Part shown: piece after piece, positions 8,225 through 18,179 of the stretch
Layout of the letters: each line of letters begins with the position of its first letter
How positions within the stretch are numbered: the first letter of the stretch is position 1
Assembly (NCBI GenBank): GCA_050250895.1
Contig: JBFWNU010000004.1
Coordinates: forward strand, 462,934 to 526,933
Length of the DNA stretch: 64,000 bases
Direction: 5' to 3'
From: Vulcanimicrobiota bacterium
GTDB taxonomy: Bacteria; Vulcanimicrobiota; Xenobia; Xenobiales; JADMJV01
Made by a program: the position numbers and the translations under genes
Notes under the pieces: model-generated
Told to the model about the DNA's origin: nothing
The model's input: the letters and a program-made list of their open reading frames with translations, nothing else
The model's database searches: none

Positions 8225-9811
8225 TTAGCTCGAACGAACCTCGTACACGTCGACCTCTTGGGAACGGCCTTTGACGGCATGACTGCCCCGGTGCAGGAAT
8301 TCGAGGCCGGGCAAATGAGGCCGGGCGGCGTCCATCGTAGCCTGGCTGACCAGCAGCTTCGAGCCGAGATTTTTGTTGAGGCCCATGATGCGCGAGGCCA
8401 GGTTGACCGAGTCGCCCACGGCCGCATATTCGAACCGCTCCATCGAACCCACGTGGCCGACCACCACCTCGCCCGTGTGAACCCCCACTTTGACGTCGTA
8501 GAAACCGGCTTCCAGACTGGACTCCTGAGCGGCCAGCTGACTGAGGCGCTCGACGATGCCGATGGCCGTGCGCACAGCCATTACCGCGTGATCGTCGGAC
8601 TCGTTGGGAGCCCCGAACAAAACCAACACCTCGTCCCCGGCGAACTGTTTGATCATACCGCGGTGATGAAAGATGACTTCGTTCACCTCAGAGAAGTAAC
8701 GGTTGAGCATCTCGATGATCTGTCCCGGAGAGAACTTCTCGCAAGTGCTCGAGAAGTTGTTGATGTCGGCCAGCAAGATGGTCACCTGCATCCGCTTGCC
8801 ACCCAGTTCGAGCACTGGCTCCTTGAGCAACTCCTCCATGACCTCGCGCGAGACCAGCCGTCCGAACAGGTCTTGCACTTGCTGTCGGGCCTGTTCGGCC
8901 CGGTGCTGCTCGGTGCGGTCCTCAAGGATGAGCGTGGCTCCGGTGGTATCCGAGCCGGGCTCACGCAAAGGCGAGACCGAAACCTCGAGATAAACCTGCC
9001 CGCGCCCGACCAGAGGAAAGTTGACCTCGCGTCGAACCAGGCTCTCGCGCTGCTGGAGGATGGGACGGATCATGCTCAGCAGCAACTCGGCGGGCTCGGC
9101 GGGCAACAGCTCGCGAAAGGGCCGGCCCCGGGCCTCGGCCGAGGGCAAATTAAGAATCTGCTGAGCCGCCCGGTTGATGGTGGTCACGTTCAAGTCGGGG
9201 TCGACCGCCAGAATGCCGCTATGAACAGAGTGCAGGATGGCCCACTGGTAGTTCTTCATCACCAGATTCTGCATCATCTTGGCCTTGAGATCGGCGAACA
9301 AACGAGCGTTCTCCAGCGCCAGAGCAGCCACGTTGGCGATCGCCGAGAGTGTGTCGAGAGCCTCATAATCAAAGTTCGAGTGGGATACCAGACTGTCGAC
9401 GTAGATTACACCCGTCAACTGGTCGCGATAGATCAACGGCACGCACATCACCGAGCGGATGCCGTAGAGCTGGACACTGCGACTGGCGGCGAAGCGGTCG
9501 TCCGAGCCCGCATCGATGGTCAGCTGCGGCTGGTGATCCTTGAGCACCTCGCGCACCACCGAGCGGCTCACTTTGAATTCTTCGCTCTCGATGGTCTGCT
9601 GCTCGAGGTTGCGAGCGGCTTTGCACTGCAGACCCAACTCGTCATCATCGCTGGCTTCATCGAGCATCAGCAAAAACCCGCGCTCGGCCCCCGTGTAGGT
9701 GATGACCTGGTCCATGACGCGCCCGAACACCGACTCGAGTTCGAGCGTCGAGTTGATCTCTTGACCGATGCGATAGAGCAGTTCGAACCTGTCTTGTTCT
9801 GCCTCAGCCAT
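8225..9811 (-). CDS. Class III adenylate/guanylate cyclase with GAF and PAS domains
   Basis: GAF (SVMCVPL...GVIYVD), PAS, catalytic TILLADINNFS, KQFAGD, YAAVGDSVNLASRI. Confidence 0.92.
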   Translation of the reverse strand: MAEAEQDRFELLYRIGQEINSTLELESVFGRVMDQVITYTGAERGFLLMLDEASDDDELGLQCKAARNLEQQTIESEEFKVSRSVVREVLKDHQPQLTIDAGSDDRFAASRSVQLYGIRSVMCVPLIYRDQLTGVIYVDSLVSHSNFDYEALDTLSAIANVAALALENARLFADLKAKMMQNLVMKNYQWAILHSVHSGILAVDPDLNVTTINRAAQQILNLPSAEARGRPFRELLPAEPAELLLSMIRPILQQRESLVRREVNFPLVGRGQVYLEVSVSPLREPGSDTTGATLILEDRTEQHRAEQARQQVQDLFGRLVSREVMEELLKEPVLELGGKRMQVTILLADINNFSSTCEKFSPGQIIEMLNRYFSEVNEVIFHHRGMIKQFAGDEVLVLFGAPNESDDHAVMAVRTAIGIVERLSQLAAQESSLEAGFYDVKVGVHTGEVVVGHVGSMERFEYAAVGDSVNLASRIMGLNKNLGSKLLVSQATMDAARPHLPGLEFLHRGSHAVKGRSQEVDVYEVRSS

Positions 9812-9925
9812 GCAAAACGGCAGTTCGGCGCGCCCCGCGGCCGACCTCCCCTGACGAGCTGTTAACCTGGGGGCACTCGACCTGCGGTCGCGCAGGCGTC
9901 AAGTTAGCGGCGGAGGTCCAATTCG

Positions 9926-10327
9926 ATGCAGATTCACAGCCTTTCCAGGCCTTATACACCCACGCTCCGCCAGCAGCCCGCCTGTGGTTGCCAGCAGCAA
10001 CCCGAAGCCCAGGACTCGGTCAGTCTGGGCCAGCGTCCTGAGCCCCTGACCTATGTGCCCACCACCGCCGGCACTTTCGCCATGCTGGGTCTGGTGGCCG
10101 GCCCGGCCACTCTGGGGGGCGTGCTCAGCGGCACACCGGCCGGAGCCGCCGCCGGAGCCCTGATCGGTCTCGGGGCCGCCTTCGCGGCCGGCCACTTCAT
10201 GGACAAAGAAGCCGAGGCCACCTATCGCGACAGCGGTCAGGCCAGCCTCTGGATGCGCCCGGCCTTTACCACCGAAGACATCACGGGAATGCCGCCGACC
10301 GCCATCGGCGTTCGCGGTCTGGCTTAG
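9926..10327 (+). CDS. Hypothetical protein with a glycine-zipper-like hydrophobic segment
   Basis: GGAGG RBS upstream; GAAAGALIGLGAAFAAG. Confidence 0.65.
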   Translation: MQIHSLSRPYTPTLRQQPACGCQQQPEAQDSVSLGQRPEPLTYVPTTAGTFAMLGLVAGPATLGGVLSGTPAGAAAGALIGLGAAFAAGHFMDKEAEATYRDSGQASLWMRPAFTTEDITGMPPTAIGVRGLA

Positions 10328-10812
10328 CCGTTGTAGGCTCGACGCAGCTCGGTCAGGTCGAGCTTGACCATTGCGAGCAAAGCCTTCATCACTCTGGTGG
10401 CTCGCTCGCGGTCGGGGTCTTTGAGCATTTGCCCTAGTTCGACCGGTACGATCTGCCAGCAGAATCCGAAGGGGTCAGTGATCCAGCCGCACTGCTGGAC
10501 CTGGCCGCCGTGCTCGAGAATGGTGTCCCACATTCGGTCGACCTCGGCCTGGTTCTCGCAACTGACGAAAAACGACGTGGCCGGGCTCGGCCTGTAGTGC
10601 GGCCCCCCGTTAAGGGCCATGAAGGTCTGCCCGGCCAGACGAAACTCGACCGTGAGCACCTCGCCCTCAGGGCGCGGCCCGGCCTCGCCGTAGTAGCTGA
10701 TATTGAGGATCTCCGAATCGTCGAAAAGGCTACAATAAAAGCGCGCCGCCTTCTCTCCGTCCTGGTCGAACCACAAACAGGGTGTGATCTTGTCTAACGT
10801 GATGGTTGCCAT
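10324..10812 (-). CDS. VOC family protein (PhnB / 3-demethylubiquinone-9 3-methyltransferase-like)
   Basis: KITPCLWF...FMALNGGP...CGWITDPFGFCWQIVP; AAAGGAG RBS before ATG 10812. Confidence 0.9.
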   Translation of the reverse strand: MATITLDKITPCLWFDQDGEKAARFYCSLFDDSEILNISYYGEAGPRPEGEVLTVEFRLAGQTFMALNGGPHYRPSPATSFFVSCENQAEVDRMWDTILEHGGQVQQCGWITDPFGFCWQIVPVELGQMLKDPDRERATRVMKALLAMVKLDLTELRRAYNG

Positions 10813-10998
10813 GCTGGCTCCTTTCTCGGCGGCCCGAAACCGCCTTCCCATGAATTGGTCGAACGGCTGGCCTGGCGATCGACCGGGGGGTGCGGGTTGG
10901 GTGAAACCTCCTAGACGCCGACTCCGCCTCAGCCACAGCCATCTGAAACCAATTTAGGAATAACGATCGAGAGTCAACGCCGCCAGCCACACTACCCC

Positions 10999-11041
10999 CT
11001 CCGCAACCTCTGCGCATCTCTGTGGATCTCTGCGTTAAAAT
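10999..11041. repeat. Short degenerate CTCTGCG-type tandem repeat, ~10 bp period
   Basis: ctccgcaac-ctctgcgcat-ctctgtggat-ctctgcgttaaaat in the intergenic region. Confidence 0.55.
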
Positions 11042-11125
11042 CCAGCCACGCCCACTGCGCGGGTTCATCCTGACGCTGGCGGAAGGGGGGAGGCGTTAGG
11101 GTTGGAGCGAAGACCTGACCACCCT

Positions 11126-13630
11126 ATGGACAGACCTCGGTTTTTGAGCCTCAATATCAAGCTGGCTCTGGCGATGATCCCGCTGATCATCGTGTTCATG
11201 GGCTTTTCGTTCTCCGTGGTGCTCAAGCACGAGCGCGACATCCTGCGGGCCGAAACCGAGAAGCGCGCCACTTCGCTGGCTTCGGGGTTGGCCATCCTTT
11301 CGGCCGAGGCCCTGCGCACCTTCAACGATGACCAGCTCGTCGACAACGTCGACCAGTTCTCGCGACTCAAAGGGGTCGCTTATGCCAAGGTCGAGGCTCC
11401 CAACGGTGTCTCGGCCTTTAACTCACTGGGCGGTATCAACGAGAACGACCTGCCCGAAGCCAGAGACGATGGGGTTCGCTATGTCACCGTCAACGGTGAG
11501 CAGCTGCTCGAAGTGACCCGCCCTATCCAGATCAAGTCCAAGCGACTGGGGAGCATCCGCATCGGCATTTCGCTCGAGGGGTTAGAGAAGGCTCTGCAAC
11601 AGTCGGCCCGCTACCTGTTCGGGCTGACCCTGATGCTGCTGGCCGGCGCCACCATCTTTGCAGCTCTCTTGGCGCGTTGGTTCACACGGCCGCTGCTGCG
11701 GTTGGCCCGGGTGGCTCGCGAGGTGGCCCGAGGCAATCTGGCCAGCCGGGCTCCCACCTCGTCGAGTGACGAACTGGGCGTGCTGGGCTCGGCCCTCAAT
11801 CACATGTCGTTGCGCCTCGAGCACATGATCGCCCAAGAGAAGACGGCCCGCCAGCGCTTGCAAGAGCGAGTGCACAACCTGCTCGAGTTCGCCGGTCGGG
11901 TCCAAGATGGCGATCTCACCGGCCAGGCGCCGCCCGGCGAAGACGACGACATGGGCCGGCTCATCATGGCCGTCAATGTGATGGTCCGACATCTGCGCCT
12001 GATTCTCGAAGAAGAGCGCTCGATGCGCGACAATCTCGAGCGTTCGCGAGCCGAACTCGAGGCAGCCAACGACAAGCTCAAGGAACTCGACCAGATGAAG
12101 AGCGAGTTTCTCAACACCGTGAGCCATGAGTTGCGCACTCCGCTCACCTCGATCAAGGCTTTTGCCGAGATCTTGCTCGACAACGTGGGTGAGGATGTCG
12201 ACACCCAGACCGAGTTCCTGGAGATCATCAACAAAGAGTCCGACCGCCTGACCCGCCTGATCAACAACCTGCTGGATCTCTCGAGGATCGAAGCCGGCCG
12301 CATGAAGTGGGATATGGAGCCGGTCGACGTGCACGAGGTGGTGAGCACGGCCGTCATGTCGTTGCGGGGCGCGGCCGAGAAGAAGGGCTTGATCTTCGAA
12401 TCGATGGCTGCCGAGAATCTGCCCACCACCGGTGATCGCGACAAGCTGATCCAGGTCGTGACCAACCTGTTGGGCAATGCCATCAAGTTCACCTCCGAGG
12501 GTGGGCGGGTCCGCATCGACGCTCAGCGGGTCGGCGACGAGATCGAGGTGGGCGTGCAGGACTCTGGCTGCGGCATCGACCCCGAGCATCACAACTCGAT
12601 CTTCGAGAAATTTAGCCAGGTAGACACCTCCGAGACCCGCGACATCAAAGGCTCCGGACTTGGTCTGCCCATCGCCCGCAGCATCGTCGAGCACCATCAC
12701 GGTAGGGTCTGGGTCGAGAGCGAGTTGGGCAAAGGCGCCCGCTTCATCGTGCGCCTGCCCGTGACCGAAGAGAGCAAGCCCCCGGGGTTTGCCCTTCCGC
12801 GGAACCGCCTGGCCGACTGGAGCCAGGGGAAGCGGGTACTGGTGGTCGACGACGAGCCGAACATCCGGCGCTTCTTGCGACACGTCCTCGAAGGCGAGGG
12901 CTTCCAGGTGGCTGAAGCGCGCAACGGGGCCGAGGCCGTCAGGATGGCCCAGGTCGACAAGCCCGAGTTGGTCTTGCTCGATCTGGTGCTGCCCGACGTC
13001 AATGGCTTCGAGGTGCTGACCGAGCTCAAACAGAGCGAAGAGACCCGGGGGATCCCGGTCATTATCCTCTCGATTATCGCCGACGAAGAGCGCTGCTACC
13101 GCCTGGGCGCCAGCGACTATCTACCCAAGCCCATCAATCGCGAGAAGCTGGTCGACCGCGTCGAGCGCATTCTGTTCCAGCGAACCGAGGGCCGCGATAT
13201 CCTGGCCGTCGATGATGACGACAGCGTACTCAGGGCCTTGCAGACCATTCTGGCCGGGGCGGGTTACACGGTGCGCATCGCCCGCAACGGCGAATCAGCC
13301 ATCGAGCAAGCCCTCGAGAACCCGCCGGCACTGGTCTTGCTCGATCTCATGATGCCGGGAATGACAGGCCACGAGGTGCTGCTCAAGCTCAAACAGACGC
13401 CGCGGACCGCCAGTGTGCCCGTAGTCATTCTCACGGCGGCTGAACCCGACGAGCGGATCCGGGCTCTGCGGGCCGGCGCTGAGAGCCTCATGACCAAGCC
13501 GTTCTCCGAGAAAGAGCTGGCCCGGCTGGTTCGCGAGACTTTGGCCGAGGTAGCCCTGGAACCAGGGGACTCCCCGGCTGACCGAGAAAGGGAGGCCGAG
13601 CTTCCCGACCCTGAAGAGAAAGGCGAGTAG
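11126..13630 (+). CDS. Membrane hybrid sensor histidine kinase (2 TM, 2 HAMP, HisKA, HATPase, 2 REC)
   Basis: VSHELRTPLTSI, NLLGNAIKF, DSGCGI, GSGLGL, two receiver domains (LLDLVLP, LLDLMMP). Confidence 0.95.
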   Translation: MDRPRFLSLNIKLALAMIPLIIVFMGFSFSVVLKHERDILRAETEKRATSLASGLAILSAEALRTFNDDQLVDNVDQFSRLKGVAYAKVEAPNGVSAFNSLGGINENDLPEARDDGVRYVTVNGEQLLEVTRPIQIKSKRLGSIRIGISLEGLEKALQQSARYLFGLTLMLLAGATIFAALLARWFTRPLLRLARVAREVARGNLASRAPTSSSDELGVLGSALNHMSLRLEHMIAQEKTARQRLQERVHNLLEFAGRVQDGDLTGQAPPGEDDDMGRLIMAVNVMVRHLRLILEEERSMRDNLERSRAELEAANDKLKELDQMKSEFLNTVSHELRTPLTSIKAFAEILLDNVGEDVDTQTEFLEIINKESDRLTRLINNLLDLSRIEAGRMKWDMEPVDVHEVVSTAVMSLRGAAEKKGLIFESMAAENLPTTGDRDKLIQVVTNLLGNAIKFTSEGGRVRIDAQRVGDEIEVGVQDSGCGIDPEHHNSIFEKFSQVDTSETRDIKGSGLGLPIARSIVEHHHGRVWVESELGKGARFIVRLPVTEESKPPGFALPRNRLADWSQGKRVLVVDDEPNIRRFLRHVLEGEGFQVAEARNGAEAVRMAQVDKPELVLLDLVLPDVNGFEVLTELKQSEETRGIPVIILSIIADEERCYRLGASDYLPKPINREKLVDRVERILFQRTEGRDILAVDDDDSVLRALQTILAGAGYTVRIARNGESAIEQALENPPALVLLDLMMPGMTGHEVLLKLKQTPRTASVPVVILTAAEPDERIRALRAGAESLMTKPFSEKELARLVRETLAEVALEPGDSPADREREAELPDPEEKGE

Positions 13631-13999
13631 ATGCCCAAGACGATCGTCATAGCCGATGATGAGCCTTACGTGCTTCGCTCGTTGGAATTCATCCTGAAGA
13701 AAGAGGGCTATCGGGTCGTGACCGCCACCAACGGGCAGGATGCTTACGATCGGGTCAACGCCGAGAATCCCGATCTGGTCTTTCTCGACATCCAGATGCC
13801 CCAGATGGATGGCAATGCCGTCTGCCAGAAGTTGCGCGAGGATCCGGCCAAGAAAGACCTCTACATCGTGATGATCACGGCCAAGGGCCAAGAAGCCGAC
13901 CGCATTCACAGCCTCGAGATGGGCGCCAACGAATACATCACGAAGCCCTTCTCGCCACGCAAACTGGTGGGCCGAGTCAAAGAGATCCTGGGAGAGTAG
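13631..13999 (+). CDS. Single-domain response regulator
   Basis: IADDE...FLDIQMP...ITKPFSP. Confidence 0.93.
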   Translation: MPKTIVIADDEPYVLRSLEFILKKEGYRVVTATNGQDAYDRVNAENPDLVFLDIQMPQMDGNAVCQKLREDPAKKDLYIVMITAKGQEADRIHSLEMGANEYITKPFSPRKLVGRVKEILGE

Positions 14000-14000
14000 A

Positions 14001-15323
14001 GTGCCGCGCCAACTCGAAAGCCAGGAAGACCTTTTTCTTGATCCGACCAGCCTCGAGTCGCTCAACCAAACTCTGCAGCCGTACGGGCTGAGCTTTCGCC
14101 TGGCGCGCCGGGACGGTAGCCTGCTTGATGGCGACCTTCCGGCCGGCATCCGGCGCGACCTGCCCATCGAAGTGGCCCACGAAGTGCTGGGTTATCTGGC
14201 CGAGTTCAAGGTTCAGGGCCACGACGGTCCCGATTTCACCACGATGGCGCTCGACATCGTGACCCGCGAGACGAGCGTGCGTTACGAGCTGCAAAGCACG
14301 CTCGAAGAACTGATCTCGAAATACGAAGAACTGACCGTCCTCTATGAATCCGCCGAGACAGTGGCCACGGTCATGAACCTCGACGAGGTCTCGTCGCGCA
14401 TTCTCGACCAGGCCGCCGAAATTCTCGACGTTGACCACGCCTCGCTGATGCTACTCGACGAAGAAGAGGAGTTCCTCGAGGTCAAGGCCGCTCGAGGCAC
14501 GCGCCACGATGTGGTCGGCAAGGTCAGGGTGCAGGTCGGCGAAGAGATTTCGGGCTACGTGGCGCGGGAGGGCAAACCCGTCCTGATCGAGGATCTGAGC
14601 ACCGACGAGCAGTTCGGCCGTAGCGGCCGCGAGGTCGAACAGGCGAATTCGGTCATCTCGGTGCCTCTGAAGGTCAAAGACCGCATTCTGGGCGTGCTTA
14701 ACGTCAACAACAAGAAGAGCGGACTGCCCTTTACCTCGGGCGATCTCAAGCTGCTGATGGCCCTGGCCCAGCTGGCCGCGATTTCGATCCAGAACGCGCG
14801 CACCTATCAGAATGCCATCACCGATCGCCTGACCAGCCTCTATAACTATGGCTATTTCCGCGAACAACTCGACAAAAGCGTGAACTATTGCAAAGAGAAT
14901 GAACTCGAGTTGTCGCTGTTGATGTTCGACATCGACCACTTCAAGAATTTCAACGACGTCAACGGCCATGAGTTGGCCAATGTGGCCCTGGTCGGAGTGG
15001 CCTCGCTGTGCGTCGAGAACTGCCGTCAGAGCGGCGATCGCGTGCCCGACCTGGTGGCCCGCTATGGTGGCGAAGAATTCATGGTATTGCTCACGGGGGT
15101 CAGCAAACAGGCAGCCCATCGCACTGCCGAGCGCATTCGCTCGCGGGTCGAGGGCACCCACTTCGAGGGAGGCCAGAACCAGCCTATGGGCAAGGTGACC
15201 ATCAGCGTTGGTGTGGCTACCTATCCCAGCGACGCCGAGTCGGGCGACGAGCTAATCAATCAGGCCGACGAAGCCCTCTATCGGGCCAAGGGAGCCGGAC
15301 GTAACAATGTCCAACTCGCGTGA
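14001..15323 (+). CDS. GAF-GGDEF diguanylate cyclase
   Basis: GAF; DIDHFKNFND..GH; ARYGGEEF; ADEALYRAK..GRN. Confidence 0.93.
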   Translation: MPRQLESQEDLFLDPTSLESLNQTLQPYGLSFRLARRDGSLLDGDLPAGIRRDLPIEVAHEVLGYLAEFKVQGHDGPDFTTMALDIVTRETSVRYELQSTLEELISKYEELTVLYESAETVATVMNLDEVSSRILDQAAEILDVDHASLMLLDEEEEFLEVKAARGTRHDVVGKVRVQVGEEISGYVAREGKPVLIEDLSTDEQFGRSGREVEQANSVISVPLKVKDRILGVLNVNNKKSGLPFTSGDLKLLMALAQLAAISIQNARTYQNAITDRLTSLYNYGYFREQLDKSVNYCKENELELSLLMFDIDHFKNFNDVNGHELANVALVGVASLCVENCRQSGDRVPDLVARYGGEEFMVLLTGVSKQAAHRTAERIRSRVEGTHFEGGQNQPMGKVTISVGVATYPSDAESGDELINQADEALYRAKGAGRNNVQLA

Positions 15324-16473
15324 ACAACCGACCTGGACCGACGACTTTCCAGAGATTCCCGAGAGCGGCTCGATCTTCTGGCCCTCGCTGGTTTTCGGCA
15401 TCGTCTGCCTGGTCATCGGCCTGTATCTGATCCTCACGCCCATCCCCATCGAGACCGATCAGGTTGCCAACCCTCGCCCCAATCCGGTGGTGACCCAAGC
15501 GCCCGACCTGCCGCTCCAGCCCCGCGACGGCCATTTACTGCGCTTTGCCTTTGTCGATAGCGAGGACTCGACTTTCGCGTTCGCGGCCGACGCCATCGCT
15601 CATCGCATGGCCGAGGTCACTCAGGCCAAGACCCGCATCGAGACCTTTCCCAGCGGAGTGGTCGACGGCAAGAAGTGGAAGGGCGAGAAAGACCTGGTCG
15701 ACCTGGTTCGCAAGGGCGATATCGAGATGTGTCTGTGCAGCACTTCGCCTCTGACCAGCTACAGCCACGAGTTGGATGTGCTCGACCTCCCTTTCCTTTT
15801 CACCAGCTACGAGCACGCCGAACGGGTGTTGGACGGCCCCGTGGGACGGCACCTGCTGACCGTGCTCGAACCGTATGACCTGGAGGGCCTGGGCTATCTC
15901 GAGCTGGGGTTTCGCGTGTTTAGCACCTCTGACCCCATGCCCACCCTGGCCGACTTCAAGGGCAAAGACCTGAGAGTCATGCAGAGCGTCACGGCCTCGC
16001 AGATGGTCAAGGCGCTGGGCGCCAACCCGGTGACCTCCGAGGTGGGCCAGATCTACAAGATGGCCGAAGAGGGAAATATCGACGGCGCCGACCGGACTTT
16101 TCCCACCTATTGGGACTTTGGCCTCAACGCGGTGCACCGTTTTGTGACCGACACCAAACACACCTATTCGACCAAGATGGTCCTGATCAATTTGCGCACC
16201 TGGAACTCGCTCTCGCAAACCGAGCAAGAGCATCTGCGGTCGGTGGTCAAAGAAGTCGCCGTCCTGCAACGCGAGCGCCAGCGCCAGGCCGACGAAGATG
16301 TCAAAGAACGCTGCCGCCAGGAGAACATCCGTATCTTCGAACTCTCGCCCGCCGAGCGAGCCAAGTTCGTCAAAGCTTCGCGACCCCTCTATGAGCACTT
16401 TCGCAAGCCTGGCAACGAAGTGCTCGAACAGCGCAGTCGACTGCTCGACCAGGTCTTGCAACTGGCCGATTGA
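15307..16473 (+). CDS. TRAP-type (DctP family) substrate-binding protein with an N-terminal membrane anchor
   Basis: LDLPFLF, LGFRVF, DFKGKDLRVM, ALGANP, IDGAD; TM segment near residues 23-43. Confidence 0.85.
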   Translation: MSNSREQPTWTDDFPEIPESGSIFWPSLVFGIVCLVIGLYLILTPIPIETDQVANPRPNPVVTQAPDLPLQPRDGHLLRFAFVDSEDSTFAFAADAIAHRMAEVTQAKTRIETFPSGVVDGKKWKGEKDLVDLVRKGDIEMCLCSTSPLTSYSHELDVLDLPFLFTSYEHAERVLDGPVGRHLLTVLEPYDLEGLGYLELGFRVFSTSDPMPTLADFKGKDLRVMQSVTASQMVKALGANPVTSEVGQIYKMAEEGNIDGADRTFPTYWDFGLNAVHRFVTDTKHTYSTKMVLINLRTWNSLSQTEQEHLRSVVKEVAVLQRERQRQADEDVKERCRQENIRIFELSPAERAKFVKASRPLYEHFRKPGNEVLEQRSRLLDQVLQLAD

Positions 16474-17351
16474 TGCACGGCCTGAGGCTGCCCCGCCAAC
16501 AAGCCTGGGACTCGCAGTTTCCCCCGCTGTGTATGCTGTGCGGTCGCAAACCCCATAACCACCGCCACGAACGCTATCTGACCGCCCATCCCTGGCCGGT
16601 TCGGTTGCTGTTCGGGCCGCTGGCCGAGCGCTTGAGCCAGTGCTCGCTGCGCATCTATGTGCAGGTCTGTCGAGATTGCTGGCCTCTTTATCGCTTTCGG
16701 CTTGGCTGGGATTGGCTCGGCTACTTGACCGTGCTGGGCTTGGCCCTGGCCACCGCGGCCCGGCCCGAAATCTGGCCAACCCTTCCCTCGGCCGTGCTGG
16801 TCTGGGTCCTGCTCCGCTTCACCTGGCTCCGTCGTTACGGCCTGGCCTGCACTGCGCTCGACGAAGGGAACATCACTCTGAGCTTGCCCAACCAGGAGTT
16901 CGCCAGAGCCGTGGCCCAACGCGAGCCTGAACCCGAGGTCCCACCGCTTCAGCCCGGCGCCGATTCGCCGATGCTTGCCCTACCCCAAGAGTTGCCTCCC
17001 TTGCTGAGGGCCGTCCGGGATGGAGAAATCGAACTGGTCCGGCAAGCCCTGGCCCGCGGCGAGGCCGTCGACGGAGAGTTGTCCGCCCTGCACGTGGCGG
17101 CCATCAGCGGGTCGATGGAAGTAGCCCGGTTGCTGCTGGACCACCCCCACGATCTCGAAGCCCGCTGGGCTGGCTCGACACCGCTGATGCTGGCCGTCAT
17201 CTTCACCAACTCGAACCTGGCCGGACTGCTGCTCAGCCGAGGAGCCGACGCCCGGGCCACCGACCCGCAGGGACGCACCGTGCTGGATCACGCCCGCCGG
17301 ATCGAAGGCCGACCCGGCCAGCAAATGCTGAATATCCTCGGTTCGTCGTGA
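16473..17351 (+). CDS. Membrane protein with N-terminal Cys pairs and C-terminal ankyrin repeats
   Basis: CMLC...CRDC, two TM segments, SALHVAA, TPLMLAV, GRTVLDHA. Confidence 0.8.
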   Translation: MHGLRLPRQQAWDSQFPPLCMLCGRKPHNHRHERYLTAHPWPVRLLFGPLAERLSQCSLRIYVQVCRDCWPLYRFRLGWDWLGYLTVLGLALATAARPEIWPTLPSAVLVWVLLRFTWLRRYGLACTALDEGNITLSLPNQEFARAVAQREPEPEVPPLQPGADSPMLALPQELPPLLRAVRDGEIELVRQALARGEAVDGELSALHVAAISGSMEVARLLLDHPHDLEARWAGSTPLMLAVIFTNSNLAGLLLSRGADARATDPQGRTVLDHARRIEGRPGQQMLNILGSS

Positions 17352-17402
17352 GGTTTACAAGTTCTTCGCCTGCCCGGCTCCCCCATGGTCCATGCTGGAA
17401 GG

Positions 17403-18086
17403 GTGAAGAAGTGGCTGATCATCCTGGTCCTGTTGCTGTCCGGGGACACCCTGGCCCAGGGCATCCCCATGGTCGCCTCGCAGGCCAAGGCGGCTCCCAC
17501 ACCGCGCCCCGCCGCCGCACCAGTGGCCAGGCCAGCGCCGGCCGCGCGACCGGCCGCCCGGCCCTCCTCGTGCGCCGTCCGCCGCCCCTCTAGCCACCAC
17601 CGTCCTAGAACCGTCAGGCCCCACGTCAGCTCGTACCGTCGTAACCCCTACCGGGGCTACGGCTACCAGGGCTACGGCTACCAGGGTTACGCCCTGGCCA
17701 CCCCCCAGTCTTATCAGGTCCCCACTCGGCGCGCCTTCACATCCAGCGTCGAGCGCGGCTCGGCCCCGGCCCAGCCTGATCCCCGCAGCCGGCTCGCCCA
17801 CAAATTCCGGGCCACTATCCATGACTTCGTGCGCTCGAACTCTCTGGCCGGAGCGTTCTTGCTCAAAGATCCACGCGCCAACGCTTCCTGGCTGCTCGAC
17901 TACGCCGGGGCTTTTCGCTATGACTGGACTCCCGGGGCGCTGAGCGTGGTGGTGCCTTTCCGCGGTCGCCTCGGCAGCGACCCCCGCGAGCATCGAGTCG
18001 ATGTCCGTTTCCGTTTTGCCTCGGACAGTTTTGACCCTCAGCTGTTGGGCGCCGACATCGTGGCTGTCGACGGATTTCCTCGCTAG
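17403..18086 (+). CDS. Hypothetical exported protein with a P/A/R-rich linker and GYQGY repeats
   Basis: Signal-peptide-like KKWLIILVLLLSGDTLA; globular C-terminal half; start uncertain (17385 or 17403). Confidence 0.55.
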   Translation: MKKWLIILVLLLSGDTLAQGIPMVASQAKAAPTPRPAAAPVARPAPAARPAARPSSCAVRRPSSHHRPRTVRPHVSSYRRNPYRGYGYQGYGYQGYALATPQSYQVPTRRAFTSSVERGSAPAQPDPRSRLAHKFRATIHDFVRSNSLAGAFLLKDPRANASWLLDYAGAFRYDWTPGALSVVVPFRGRLGSDPREHRVDVRFRFASDSFDPQLLGADIVAVDGFPR

Positions 18087-18179
18087 TTCTCGCACCCGGG
18101 GATGCCCCCATCCGCCCCCCTCGAAGGAAGAGAAATCTCTAGCGCCCCTTTAGCATGGGCTAAAAAGGAGAGCATCGCT

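Noticed and set aside
7727-9865. 712-aa plus-strand ORF, and similar long ORFs at 11582-12883, 15535-16779, 19615-20985 and 45095-46450
   Set aside because: Antisense shadows of well-supported genes in high-GC DNA; no recognisable motifs.
17655-17690. ggctaccagggctac repeat; also GGC runs at 2267-2308 and the GAC/GAG run at 60020-60103
   Set aside because: Explained by low-complexity protein sequence (GYQGY, Gly/Asp linker, acidic tail).
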